The notes beneath the pieces were generated by a model that worked only from the letters and a program-made list of their open reading frames with translations, did not search any database and had not been told where the DNA came from. A DNA stretch of 64,000 bases, taken from the IMG/VR virus record IMGVR_UViG_3300042368_001196, one strand, 5' to 3'. This stretch comes from an uncultured virus (IMG/VR IMGVR_UViG_3300042368_001196) (Duplodnaviria; Heunggongvirae; Uroviricota; Caudoviricetes). Below, in pieces: positions 36,932 to 45,734 of the stretch (positions are counted from its first letter, which is position 1; each line of letters starts with the position of its first letter). The translations under genes were made by a program, and so were the position numbers.

Positions 36932-38176
36932 CTATTGAGTCGCGTTTGCGACTTGGGTTGGCTCATGTTCGATACCAGCGCGGGAATACACGCCGCGCCG
37001 GACATAGAACTCATGCAAGTGCGGGTATGACTTGACGTTGTTGGTGACGAACTTGAGGAACGGCTGCGGCGTCTCGATGTCCCTGCACCCGTGGTTGGCC
37101 GGAGCGCAGAACGCAATCAAGGCATCGTAGAATTCGAGGTTCTTGTAGAACGATTCAGGCTTCAGGGTTCCGCGGAAGATGCGTATCTCGACAGTCTCAT
37201 CCCGCACGTTGAGCGCAACGTAGCGGTTGGGAGACAGCTTCTTGCCGTCAGTCAGCTTTTTGCCCATCTCGATGCACGCCCATTGTTTGAGCGCACGACC
37301 CGCCGTGGTCTTGACCACACTCTCATTGTTAGGGTGATTGATCCAGACCAGCATCTTGCCAAGCTGGAGTTGCGTCAGCGCAGAGCGGCTGGCATGGATG
37401 TGCATACCGCAGCGTCCATTCGTCCAGCTTGTCAGCGTGGTGGAAGCCGAGTTGATGAACTCCGACCACTTACGCTTATGCACGTCGAGCGAGTCGGGGC
37501 GGGTGACAATCTCGAATCCGGCATCGGAGAGCGAGCCGTCACGCTTGAGCACAACGTAGTCCAAGCCGAGCGAGGTATAGACCCGCCGCGCCTCGTTGCT
37601 GTAGTGCACGTTGCCCTTGCACTCGACTTCCAACTCGATGCCGTAGAAGAGCGGCCCCTTGCCCTCGGACTGTTTGTAGTCCGCCGAGCGGTTGCCGTAG
37701 TTCTTTACCGAATACGGATCGTGATACTCTTCCTCTTCATCGTCGTCGGAATCGCGATCATCCCAACAACTTTGGCAGTAGCCGTCTTCGGCGTAGTCGT
37801 CGTTGTGATATCGGGCATCGCACGACTCGCAGCAGAACGTGTGCTCGTCCAAGTAGTCGTAGGAATACCAAGAGCCCTCCCAAGTGCGGCCATCTCCGAA
37901 GAGATAATACTGGTCATATCCGCAGCAAGCGCGGACATCTTCACGCAGGGCGGATTCGCCGTTGTGCAGATCGACGATCTCGTCTTGGGTCGTGATCGCG
38001 TAGCTGTTGTCGTGCAGCGTGGCGAGGTTCTCGTCGTCGGCGAGTGCGTAGTCTCCGTTGTGCAACTCGACGACTTCGATCTCGTCGCAGCGCGGGATCT
38101 CCGTGCCGTCATACAACGTGATGAGGTCACGCTCTTCGTTGGTCACAACTTGTGTGGCAGTATTATTGTCTGACAT
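36932..38176 (-). CDS. Putative amidoligase (COOH-NH2 ligase) with an N-terminal Zn-ribbon/repeat region
   Basis: YGIELEVE, KRDGSL, GFEIVTRP, CGMHIH, RYVALN, TVEIRIFRGT. Confidence 0.85.
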   Translation of the reverse strand: MSDNNTATQVVTNEERDLITLYDGTEIPRCDEIEVVELHNGDYALADDENLATLHDNSYAITTQDEIVDLHNGESALREDVRACCGYDQYYLFGDGRTWEGSWYSYDYLDEHTFCCESCDARYHNDDYAEDGYCQSCWDDRDSDDDEEEEYHDPYSVKNYGNRSADYKQSEGKGPLFYGIELEVECKGNVHYSNEARRVYTSLGLDYVVLKRDGSLSDAGFEIVTRPDSLDVHKRKWSEFINSASTTLTSWTNGRCGMHIHASRSALTQLQLGKMLVWINHPNNESVVKTTAGRALKQWACIEMGKKLTDGKKLSPNRYVALNVRDETVEIRIFRGTLKPESFYKNLEFYDALIAFCAPANHGCRDIETPQPFLKFVTNNVKSYPHLHEFYVRRGVYSRAGIEHEPTQVANATQ

Positions 38177-38207
38177 GGTATGTGGTTCCTTTCTGTGTAT
38201 GGGGTTA

Positions 38208-39101
38208 TTACTCGTGAGTGAGGTTCATCATGCCGATGGCACGCGCCTCGGACTCGGCGTCCTCCTCATCGAGCAAGTCCATGAGGAAGTCATACATTTC
38301 GGCTGGGTCTTCTTGGAATCCGGCCTCGATGGATGATCTGGAGAAGCCACGCCTTTGTAGTTCATCGGCAATCCACTCGTTCTCCTGCGAGACACCGATG
38401 CCCCAGATCGTCGGGTTCTCGGGATCCCAATCGGGAAACGACTCGCGCTCGTTGCCGAGTGACTCCTCGTGTCGCAGCGGCTTCAATCCACGCGGGTATT
38501 GGAAGTCATCGTCATCCCATGCCGAGTTGTAGCTGCCGCGTCCGCTATAGACTGACAAGCGGGGTTGGTAGCCGGAGTTGGAATACCAATGGCCGTCCGA
38601 CTCCCACTTGCCGTCCTCTTCGTTCCAGATGCCGAAGTCGCCGTCCGAACGCAGGAACACGAACTTGCTGCCGCTGATCGCGCAGCGTCCCAGGAACGAG
38701 ATGGCTTGGTGTTGATAAAACTCCGGATCAAGTTCGTGCAACGGCTTGAGGATCTTCTCGACATAATGCCAAGTGTCCGACTTGGTTTCATCATCCTTGG
38801 TGCAGATGGGCAAGACGCCGTTGTGGATCATGGCGAGGTTGTCCGTGATCGAGAACGGATGGCAGTTGTCGGTGTCCTTCTTGCCGTGCGTGGCAAGACG
38901 GAAGTGGATCAACGCCGGACAATCGGCATACGGCTTGAACGCACGCCAGAACTCCTTGAACTTGAAGAAGCCCTTGCCGATGACCAGTCCTCCGTTGACC
39001 GCAGCGGCGAATCCTGCGCCGTGCGTGTTGTTCTCGAAGCCGTTGCGATAGGCTTCCTTGTCGGGTTTCGTCGATGCGGGTTTGTATATTGCTAAACACA
39101 T
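38208..39101 (-). CDS. Class II (Ntn) glutamine amidotransferase
   Basis: N-terminal MC, NTHGAG, IHFRLATHG, NCHPF, HNG, SDT, WYSN. Confidence 0.9.
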   Translation of the reverse strand: MCLAIYKPASTKPDKEAYRNGFENNTHGAGFAAAVNGGLVIGKGFFKFKEFWRAFKPYADCPALIHFRLATHGKKDTDNCHPFSITDNLAMIHNGVLPICTKDDETKSDTWHYVEKILKPLHELDPEFYQHQAISFLGRCAISGSKFVFLRSDGDFGIWNEEDGKWESDGHWYSNSGYQPRLSVYSGRGSYNSAWDDDDFQYPRGLKPLRHEESLGNERESFPDWDPENPTIWGIGVSQENEWIADELQRRGFSRSSIEAGFQEDPAEMYDFLMDLLDEEDAESEARAIGMMNLTHE

Positions 39102-39226
39102 ATTGGTGTTTTCCTTTCGTTGTTTGCTGTTGGTGTTGTGAGTCGCGTTTGCGACTCGTTTGCCTCGTCCGTCTTCGGACAAGCTGCCGCCCTCCACGAA
39201 GGAAGGGCGGTGTGCTTGTGCGGTTA

Positions 39227-39748
39227 TTACAAAGAGGCGATCAGCTTGTGGCCGTCTTCGGCGTCCTCTTTCCAAGGGCCGCGCCAGTAGGCGACATGCT
39301 TGGCGAACGTGGCGGGGGGATCGTCGCTGGCCGCAACATCGGCGACCATGTCCCGAGCATACTCCTCGGGAATCCTCATGTGTTCGCGCAAGATGCGGAA
39401 ACATTCCTCCGGTGTCCGAGCATTGCTTCCTGTCCCGCCGTGATACTCGACGCCGGAGCCGATCTCGGGATCACACCCCGCCAGCCAGTAAAAGCCGTTG
39501 GCCTCGGCGTGCATCGGTTCGCCCGTCTCCGCATCGGAAAGATGCAGCGCGACGAGCGGAGCCAGTTGCGGGAAGGCGGCGAGGATCTCGTCGTGAATAC
39601 ACCCGCCGCATTGGAAGTCGCCGCGCTTGCGCTGAAACGGCGTGCTGATCTCTCCGGTGACGGAAAAGTATCCGCCTTCGGTTGTTATCTTGGCGATGAG
39701 TTGTCCCTTGTATCCTTCGGGAGCTTTCGCCGTCAGTTTCTTGGTCAT
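39227..39748 (-). CDS. Conserved phage hypothetical protein
   Basis: FSVTGEI..GGCIHDEI..LHLSD..GEPMH; AGAAAGG RBS. Confidence 0.7.
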   Translation of the reverse strand: MTKKLTAKAPEGYKGQLIAKITTEGGYFSVTGEISTPFQRKRGDFQCGGCIHDEILAAFPQLAPLVALHLSDAETGEPMHAEANGFYWLAGCDPEIGSGVEYHGGTGSNARTPEECFRILREHMRIPEEYARDMVADVAASDDPPATFAKHVAYWRGPWKEDAEDGHKLIASL

Positions 39749-39863
39749 CTGATTACCTTTCTTTCCGGCCCTGATTGGCGGGGCCGATTCACCCGAGTCG
39801 CATTTGCGACACGCTGCACCCCCGAACGGATGGGACGTTCGGAGGTGAGTGCGTGTGGCGTTA

Positions 39864-39962
39864 TTACTTGGTGACCTCGATCAGGATCCAGACGGCGAGG
39901 AAGGCGAGGATCGCCAGCTTGCAGAGGATCGCGTCGAGGATGTCGTCGGTGGGCGGTTTCAT
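39864..39962 (-). CDS. Tiny membrane peptide (32 aa)
   Basis: MKPPTDDILDAILCKLAILAFLAVWILIEVTK; ends in the GTAATAAC motif. Confidence 0.45.
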   Translation of the reverse strand: MKPPTDDILDAILCKLAILAFLAVWILIEVTK

Positions 39963-40061
39963 TGCTCGTCGCACCAGACTTCCAGTGAACCGCCGAGGTT
40001 CCAGATACGCTCGCCGAGCGAACTGATCTTCAGCGACAGGATATGAAGTGAGCGGATGAGA

Positions 40062-40244
40062 TTACGCTTCAACATAGACGCCTCCCTTGTCGGATGTTGC
40101 GGGACGATAGAACTCGAAGACACATTCCTCGGAGAGAGGAAGGGGAGCTTCGACCTTTCTTCCGGCGACCTTCACGATATTACGCGAGGGCGACCAGATG
40201 ACTTCGACAATGCGCTTTTGAGGCGCGGCTTTTTCGATGGTCAT
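40062..40244 (-). CDS. Hypothetical protein
   Basis: MTIEKAAP... Confidence 0.5.
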   Translation of the reverse strand: MTIEKAAPQKRIVEVIWSPSRNIVKVAGRKVEAPLPLSEECVFEFYRPATSDKGGVYVEA

Positions 40245-40266
40245 GGTGTGTGGGTTTGCGGGGTTA

Positions 40267-40473
40267 TTACACGCCAACCGGAAGGAGGTTGGCAAGACTG
40301 AACGTCATCGGTTGCACGGCGCGGGGCCGCTCGATGAGGTTCACAGTTGTCCGCTCGGGGCGGGTGAACTCCAAGCCGCCATACTTGGCAGCGTGCAATT
40401 CCTCGCGGGTGAGCGTGTCGATAGCACGATGCGTCATCACAACGTGCAGTTTCCTGACTTGTTCTCTTTTCAT
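40267..40473 (-). CDS. Hypothetical protein
   Basis: MKREQVRK... Confidence 0.5.
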   Translation of the reverse strand: MKREQVRKLHVVMTHRAIDTLTREELHAAKYGGLEFTRPERTTVNLIERPRAVQPMTFSLANLLPVGV

Positions 40474-40640
40474 TTTGTTTCTCTGGTTGAGAGTCGCGTT
40501 TGCGACTCGCCTTGCCATTGTGGGCAAGCGACAACGCAAGCGGATGGAACACTTGCGCTGGTTGGCTACTCACAATCCATGCAGCGTGATGCAGGGTTCA
40601 GGGTTCATGGTTCACGCTGCAAGTCGCGTTTGCGACTTGG

Positions 40641-41042
40641 TTACTTGCCAAGGGCCAGCGAGTAGATGCGGCGAGCGATCGCGGACAATTCCGCTTTGCT
40701 GTATTTCTTCGAGAGCGCGGCGAATTCCGCTTGCGCTTTCTTCTGGATATCCTGCGAAGCGGCGGTCTTCTTCTGTGCTTTGCGTTGGATGCCGTAGGAG
40801 AGCAAGAGCTTGCTGATGTCTTGCTTGCTGTAACCATTGGCGCGGAGCGTGGTGACGATGGTATCAATCTCGATTGCTTCGCGGTTCTCGCGGACGAACT
40901 TCTTCAACTCGTCGCGCTTTGCGTTGGCACACTTGGTCAACGTCTCGATTTCGTGGATCTCTCGTGCAATAGCGTCATTGATGCTGTCAGTCGTGTTTGC
41001 CACGCTGTAGTTGATGCTGATGGTGATGTTGGTCTTTTTCAT
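40641..41042 (-). CDS. Basic hypothetical protein, first gene of the leftward early operon
   Basis: MKKTNITISI...; Lys/Ala-rich helical. Confidence 0.65.
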   Translation of the reverse strand: MKKTNITISINYSVANTTDSINDAIAREIHEIETLTKCANAKRDELKKFVRENREAIEIDTIVTTLRANGYSKQDISKLLLSYGIQRKAQKKTAASQDIQKKAQAEFAALSKKYSKAELSAIARRIYSLALGK

Positions 41043-41187
41043 TTTGCTTTGCTTTCTTGTGAGTCGCGTTTGCGACTCATTGGTTGATGGATGCAGAGAG
41101 GAAAACTCTTTCCCTTCGCTCCATATACAAGTGACCAGCAGCGCGTTTTTCTCTGTTAAATCGGGGGGAATTGTGCGATTATTAAGG

Positions 41188-41667
41188 ATGCCGCATCCAT
41201 CCCTTCCCGTAGATTGGGAAGCAATCAAATCCCTCTACCTTCAAGGAATAGAACCAAAGACGATTGCCGAACGCTTCGGAATCAACGTAAGCACCTTACG
41301 CGCAAGAGCTTGCAAGAAAGGTTGGTCAAAGATCATCGGAACGGAAAGGGAGCGGAAGAAAGCGATCACAGAGAAAAGCGCGGCAATCGCTGGGGACATT
41401 TGGGCGGAGAGAAGGGAAGCGATCAGAGAAAATATCCACACCATCGGAAGCCGAATGACTGCTTACGCTTCCCAACTACCTGAAGACCAGCTACTTAACA
41501 AGGCTGATAAGGTGAAGATTGCTACAGAGATAGCAGGGAAGATTGTTGGCCTCGATCGACAGGAGGACAAAAACGTCGTAAACATCGCATTGTTAGGGAG
41601 TTACAGCGATTCCGACACCATCGACATTCTGCCCCAATCTGTCCCAATGCTTCACGCTACAGAGTAA
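41188..41667 (+). CDS. Terminase small subunit-like HTH protein
   Basis: DWEAIKSLYLQG..KTIAERFGINVSTLRARACKKGW N-terminal HTH followed by helices. Confidence 0.65.
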   Translation: MPHPSLPVDWEAIKSLYLQGIEPKTIAERFGINVSTLRARACKKGWSKIIGTERERKKAITEKSAAIAGDIWAERREAIRENIHTIGSRMTAYASQLPEDQLLNKADKVKIATEIAGKIVGLDRQEDKNVVNIALLGSYSDSDTIDILPQSVPMLHATE

Positions 41668-41837
41668 AGGCGACAGGTTTCAAACCAGCGACCCACCACC
41701 CACCCCACCAGAGTAGAGCCCACCAGCCCGACTCGCCCCTATATCTATCATTATCATGGGCTGTAAATTTTTTCGCCCAAAATGGAATTATTAACTTTTC
41801 GAAGGGGAGCCGGGTCGGACGGAACCCCCTCGATGCG

Positions 41838-41975
41838 CTAGAGCATAGCGGCAAGGCACTTCAGGAAACGACGCCACCGGGAGGCAGTCACGACAGCCTT
41901 CCGATCGCACCGCTCGAAGTAGCCAAGACCGCCATAAGGTCCGTAGACCAGGCCAAGATCATTCGATCGATACAT
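41838..41975 (-). CDS. Small ORF (45 aa) with a perfect SD
   Basis: AAAGGAGGTGA then MYRSNDLGLVYGPYGGLGYFERC... Confidence 0.5.
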   Translation of the reverse strand: MYRSNDLGLVYGPYGGLGYFERCDRKAVVTASRWRRFLKCLAAML

Positions 41976-42120
41976 ACGGGTTCACCTCCTTTCATAGGCC
42001 CATAAGAAAGCACACATCGGGCCAAGTGCTATATTAATGCCGGCGGGGTGCTGCCTGTGTCACCGTATGGTGCGCCGAAAGCAGCCCGATGCGGCTAAAC
42101 CCCGGCCCCGCCCCCTCTTT

Positions 42121-42339
42121 ATGAAAGCCACCCTGGAGTTCCACCTCCCCGAAGACGACGAGGCCCTGACCGACGCCCGGAAGGGCTCCGACTGGCGATG
42201 GGCGGTCGACGACCTCTTCAACTACCTCAAGTCCGAGACCAAGCACGCTGACCACTCGGCCGAGGAATATGCGATCTTCGATAAGGTCCGCGAGAAACTG
42301 GCCGAGATCCTTTCCGAGCGCGACCTGAGGGTCTGGTAA
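42121..42339 (+). CDS. Conserved phage hypothetical protein
   Basis: MKATLEFHLPED... signature. Confidence 0.7.
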   Translation: MKATLEFHLPEDDEALTDARKGSDWRWAVDDLFNYLKSETKHADHSAEEYAIFDKVREKLAEILSERDLRVW

Positions 42340-42488
42340 TGTCCGGCTGGCTGATCGCGGCGACCGGCGTGGCCTACGCTTGGGTTGCGATTGAGATGGC
42401 GTTATCCGGTAAGTGGCCGTTGGCGATCGTGTGGGGCGGATATGCCTTCGCCCAGATCGGGCTCTATATCGTCAGCCGGCAGGGCTGA
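42339..42488 (+). CDS. Small two-TM membrane protein (49 aa)
   Basis: TAATG overlap; MSGWLIAATGVAYAWVAIE...GYAFAQIGLY. Confidence 0.6.
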   Translation: MSGWLIAATGVAYAWVAIEMALSGKWPLAIVWGGYAFAQIGLYIVSRQG

Positions 42489-42530
42489 ACCCCCTACTTT
42501 CGAGAAGTCGCGCTCGAATTACGCCTTCCA

Positions 42531-42838
42531 GGTGGGGGTGAGAGAATCTGACCCCCGTCACCCCCACGTCTGACCCCCACACTTAAAGCCTTCGATATGA
42601 GGGGTTTAACCCCTCTTGGGGGTGAGGGGGTGAGACACAGTTCTTTTTAGAATAAAAAAGTATAGGAGGGGGACGCCCGCTCCCCCACCGAGAGAATACG
42701 ACCCACGGGGGTCTCCCCCCGATTTGTCACCCCCCTCACCCCCACGAGGGGTTAAACCACTGTCGGACAGCACTTTAAGTGTGGGGGTGAGACCGCGGGT
42801 GAGAGATTTGGTGGGGGTGACGATTTCCACCCCCACAT
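42531..42838. repeat. Large imperfect inverted repeat with GTGGGGGTGA iterons; candidate replication origin
   Basis: CCCCCACACTTAAAG (42574) pairs with CTTTAAGTGTGGGGG (42773); GGTTTAACCCCTC pairs with GAGGGGTTAAACC; AT-rich core at 42641-42664. Confidence 0.75.
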
Positions 42839-43000
42839 GATACAGGGAAGCCCTAATCACATTCCTCTGTAGCCCGTATTTCGACACATGAACCCTGTCA
42901 TGTCGAAGCCGTCGACAGGTTGCCTAGACCCACCGGAGCATACCAAAAGGCCGCTTTGTTCAAGCCAACCTTGAACTGCTGCGCAAAAGCTACTCCGCGG

Positions 43001-43426
43001 TCAGATCCACCGGACCATGATGCCCGCTTCATGGAACATGGTGCGTGCGGCAGAGAAGCTCTCCTCCCATCGGGGAACCGTCTCGGCCGGGCAATACACT
43101 TCCTTGATGCCTGCCTGGACGATAGCAGCCGCGCAGTGGGCACACGGCTGAAAGGGGTAGACGAAGATCGAGTGGCCCTGTAGGGGCTCCTTGGCCGCGA
43201 GGATGGCGTTCATCTCCGCGTGCAAAGTGAACAACAGTTTTGAAGATCTATCGCTAATTCTATCCACCCGATCCTCGACCCCGCGGGGGAACCCGTTGAA
43301 GCCGACCGAGGCGATCGATCGGTCTGGCCGGACGATGACGGCCCCGACTTGGCTACTGGGGTCCTTGGACCACGTTGCAACGTGCGAGGCTAGGTTAATA
43401 AACCTCGCGGTCCATTTGGCGTCCAT
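43001..43426 (-). CDS. dCMP deaminase
   Basis: SKDPSSQVGAVI, GFNGFPRG, HAEMNA, PCAHC. Confidence 0.93.
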   Translation of the reverse strand: MDAKWTARFINLASHVATWSKDPSSQVGAVIVRPDRSIASVGFNGFPRGVEDRVDRISDRSSKLLFTLHAEMNAILAAKEPLQGHSIFVYPFQPCAHCAAAIVQAGIKEVYCPAETVPRWEESFSAARTMFHEAGIMVRWI

Positions 43427-45723
43427 CAGAACGGATCGGTGGACTCCGGCTCCTCCGGCTCGGGGGTAGGCCGGGTCAGCTTCCAGCGGTAGACCTTCTG
43501 GCGTCCGTAGCGGCGATTGAGCAGGACGACATTGGAGTCACCTCGGGTCGAAAGCTGCATCAGACGGGCTGAGAGCAACCGCACCGGCCATTCGCGGGTC
43601 AGGGAGTTGTTGTCGAAGGTGTCGTTGAAGGACTGGTGAAGGTCGACCGTAGTGCCCTCCCACTCATCGCCCTCCCGGCGGCTCCACCAACTGTTGAGGG
43701 TGTCGCGCAGTTCGGCGTGACGACCGGAGGCGTCGATCTTCTCGCGCACTTCCTCGGCGATGCAGCTACGGACGACGTAGCGGTTGGCCGCGTCGATGTA
43801 TCGGGCCGGAACGTCCCATGCCTTGAGCCAAGCGAGGAAGGCCGGCAGTTCGGTCTCCACGTCCTTGAGTTCTTCGACCGTTGGGCCTTCGTCGTAGGTT
43901 CTGAGGGCCAAGGCGATGATCTTATCCTCGTTCGAGATATCGAGGGCGGGGACGGCCTTGATCGAAACCGGATCATCGTTGGCCGCGATGACGACTCTCC
44001 CGCGCCATTCGACCATGATCGGTGTCAGATACTTCTCGTGGTATTTGTGCTTCCCGTGGGCCACGAGCTTCTTCACGTAGCTCGCGTAGCGTTGCAGCGC
44101 GGACTCGGATTCCGCGGCACGGGAATCGTCGATGATGGCGAGCGGGGACTGGAAGAGATCGGCGTTGAAGCCGTTGCCTTCACCCGAGACGACCGAGGAG
44201 AGATCGGCGTAGCCGCCCATAGCGGGCGAGAGGAGACGCTCGATGAGGAAGGTCTTAAAGCAGTGGACGGGTCCGACCAGGATCATCGCCTGACCCATGC
44301 ACAACTTGCCGGCCTCGGCCGACTCATAGAAGCGTTTCAGCCAGAAGAGGAAGATGTCCTTGTAGTCATCGTTGGCGAAGACGTTGTCCAAGATCGCGGC
44401 GTAGCGGGGGAACCCGACGCCCCAAGCGTCTGCGGTCTCCGCGGCGGGCACGATGCGGACGTTCTTGGCGGTGTTCAGGTATTTCTTGCCGCCCTCGCTC
44501 CACAGTTCGTTCGGGTTGTAGAGACTCGGGCCTGCACCGTCCACGCGGCGGTGGGTGCGGATGAAGGCTTTGGCTTTGTCCATCGGCGACATGGCCGCAC
44601 CTTTCGGGGCGCGGTCGGAGATGTTGCGGCATTTGAGTTCGCTGGAAAGCATGGCCACCATCTCGTAGCGCCAGATCCCGTCGCCCGCCTTCATAAAGAA
44701 GGTCTTCCCGTCGTAGTAAATGTCGTCAAACTGTCCGCTCTTATTCGTCTTGGGCGACGAATTAGAAGAGTCCGTCTCTGGAGCGGTCGTCTCTTCTGAC
44801 GAGTTGGCATCGTCGTCCGATACTTCCGCGCTCTTACCCGCCTCGGGGTTGAAGTAGATCAAGGTCTGCGGCTTGCCTGTATCCTTGCGAACGCACCCAG
44901 GAACCCGGGTCAGGCGCACCGCGGACATCGCGGCAGGATCCGCTCCGAGCGGGACGACGAGGTCGGCGATCTCGCTGGCCTTTAGTAAATAACCGTCGCG
45001 GTCTTTCTGGCCAACGCGCACGAGAGCGTGAGCGGACTTCGAGCCCGAGGTAGTGACGGCGACGATTGGGAGATCGAGCTTGGTGAGGACACGGAGCCAG
45101 AGTTCCATCTCAACCGAATCGGATTCGATCAAGAGATACTCATAGGCGACCAAGTTCTCCTCGGCCCGCTGCGACTTCTTACCGAGCCGCGGGATCGGGA
45201 GAAACTTCCCGTTGACCGGATTGACCATGATCCACGCGCCCTGGGTGTTGTTGGTGATGGCGCTGGTCACCAGCTTCTCGTCGACGCCTTCGCTCCAGAC
45301 GAGCTTCCCTTGCGATTGTTGGTCGGTGAAGATGATGTTCGCCTGCTTCGGGTAGAGTTGGCGGAGGAACTCGGAGGTCGAGATCTCGACTGAGGCCGGC
45401 GAACTCTTGGTGAATTCTTCAACAGGCAGCGGGCCTTCCGCGGTCAGGGCTTTGAGCTTTTCCTCATCGAACTCCCGCTTGAGCGAGACACGGGCCTTGG
45501 GCTCGATCAATCCCTCGACCTCGGCACGCACCTTGGAGACCGTGTCGACGATCTCGCGGGGTTGGGGTGGGCGCTCAAGGTAGTGGGTGATCCATTGGTC
45601 GATGAATTGGTCATCATAGGAGTTAGCAACCAGCGCGTGCGTCGCGCCATACATCCATGAGTGGCATCCTTGGCCGGAGGCTGGGCATGGGTTTATTCCG
45701 AGTTCTTCAGGTGTGGGATTCAT
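43426..45723 (-). CDS. Primase-helicase (primase N-terminus, D5/SF3-like NTPase C-terminus)
   Basis: LLIESD, TSGSKSAHALV and RLTRVPG primase motifs; variant P-loop GPVHCFKT, IIDD, AAN. Confidence 0.8.
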   Translation of the reverse strand: MNPTPEELGINPCPASGQGCHSWMYGATHALVANSYDDQFIDQWITHYLERPPQPREIVDTVSKVRAEVEGLIEPKARVSLKREFDEEKLKALTAEGPLPVEEFTKSSPASVEISTSEFLRQLYPKQANIIFTDQQSQGKLVWSEGVDEKLVTSAITNNTQGAWIMVNPVNGKFLPIPRLGKKSQRAEENLVAYEYLLIESDSVEMELWLRVLTKLDLPIVAVTTSGSKSAHALVRVGQKDRDGYLLKASEIADLVVPLGADPAAMSAVRLTRVPGCVRKDTGKPQTLIYFNPEAGKSAEVSDDDANSSEETTAPETDSSNSSPKTNKSGQFDDIYYDGKTFFMKAGDGIWRYEMVAMLSSELKCRNISDRAPKGAAMSPMDKAKAFIRTHRRVDGAGPSLYNPNELWSEGGKKYLNTAKNVRIVPAAETADAWGVGFPRYAAILDNVFANDDYKDIFLFWLKRFYESAEAGKLCMGQAMILVGPVHCFKTFLIERLLSPAMGGYADLSSVVSGEGNGFNADLFQSPLAIIDDSRAAESESALQRYASYVKKLVAHGKHKYHEKYLTPIMVEWRGRVVIAANDDPVSIKAVPALDISNEDKIIALALRTYDEGPTVEELKDVETELPAFLAWLKAWDVPARYIDAANRYVVRSCIAEEVREKIDASGRHAELRDTLNSWWSRREGDEWEGTTVDLHQSFNDTFDNNSLTREWPVRLLSARLMQLSTRGDSNVVLLNRRYGRQKVYRWKLTRPTPEPEEPESTDPF

Positions 45724-45734
45724 TTATGTGATTA

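Larger units (their letters stand above)
36937..41078. repeat. Six dispersed copies of the 18-bp palindrome GAGTCGC-GTTT-GCGACTC
   Basis: Copies start at 36937, 39140, 39795, 40491, 40621 and 41061. Confidence 0.9.

Noticed and set aside
36937..41078. Palindromes as a CRISPR array or integron attC sites
   Set aside because: Spacing is irregular (130 to 2200 bp), the units are too short, and no cas1/cas2 or attC-type structure is present
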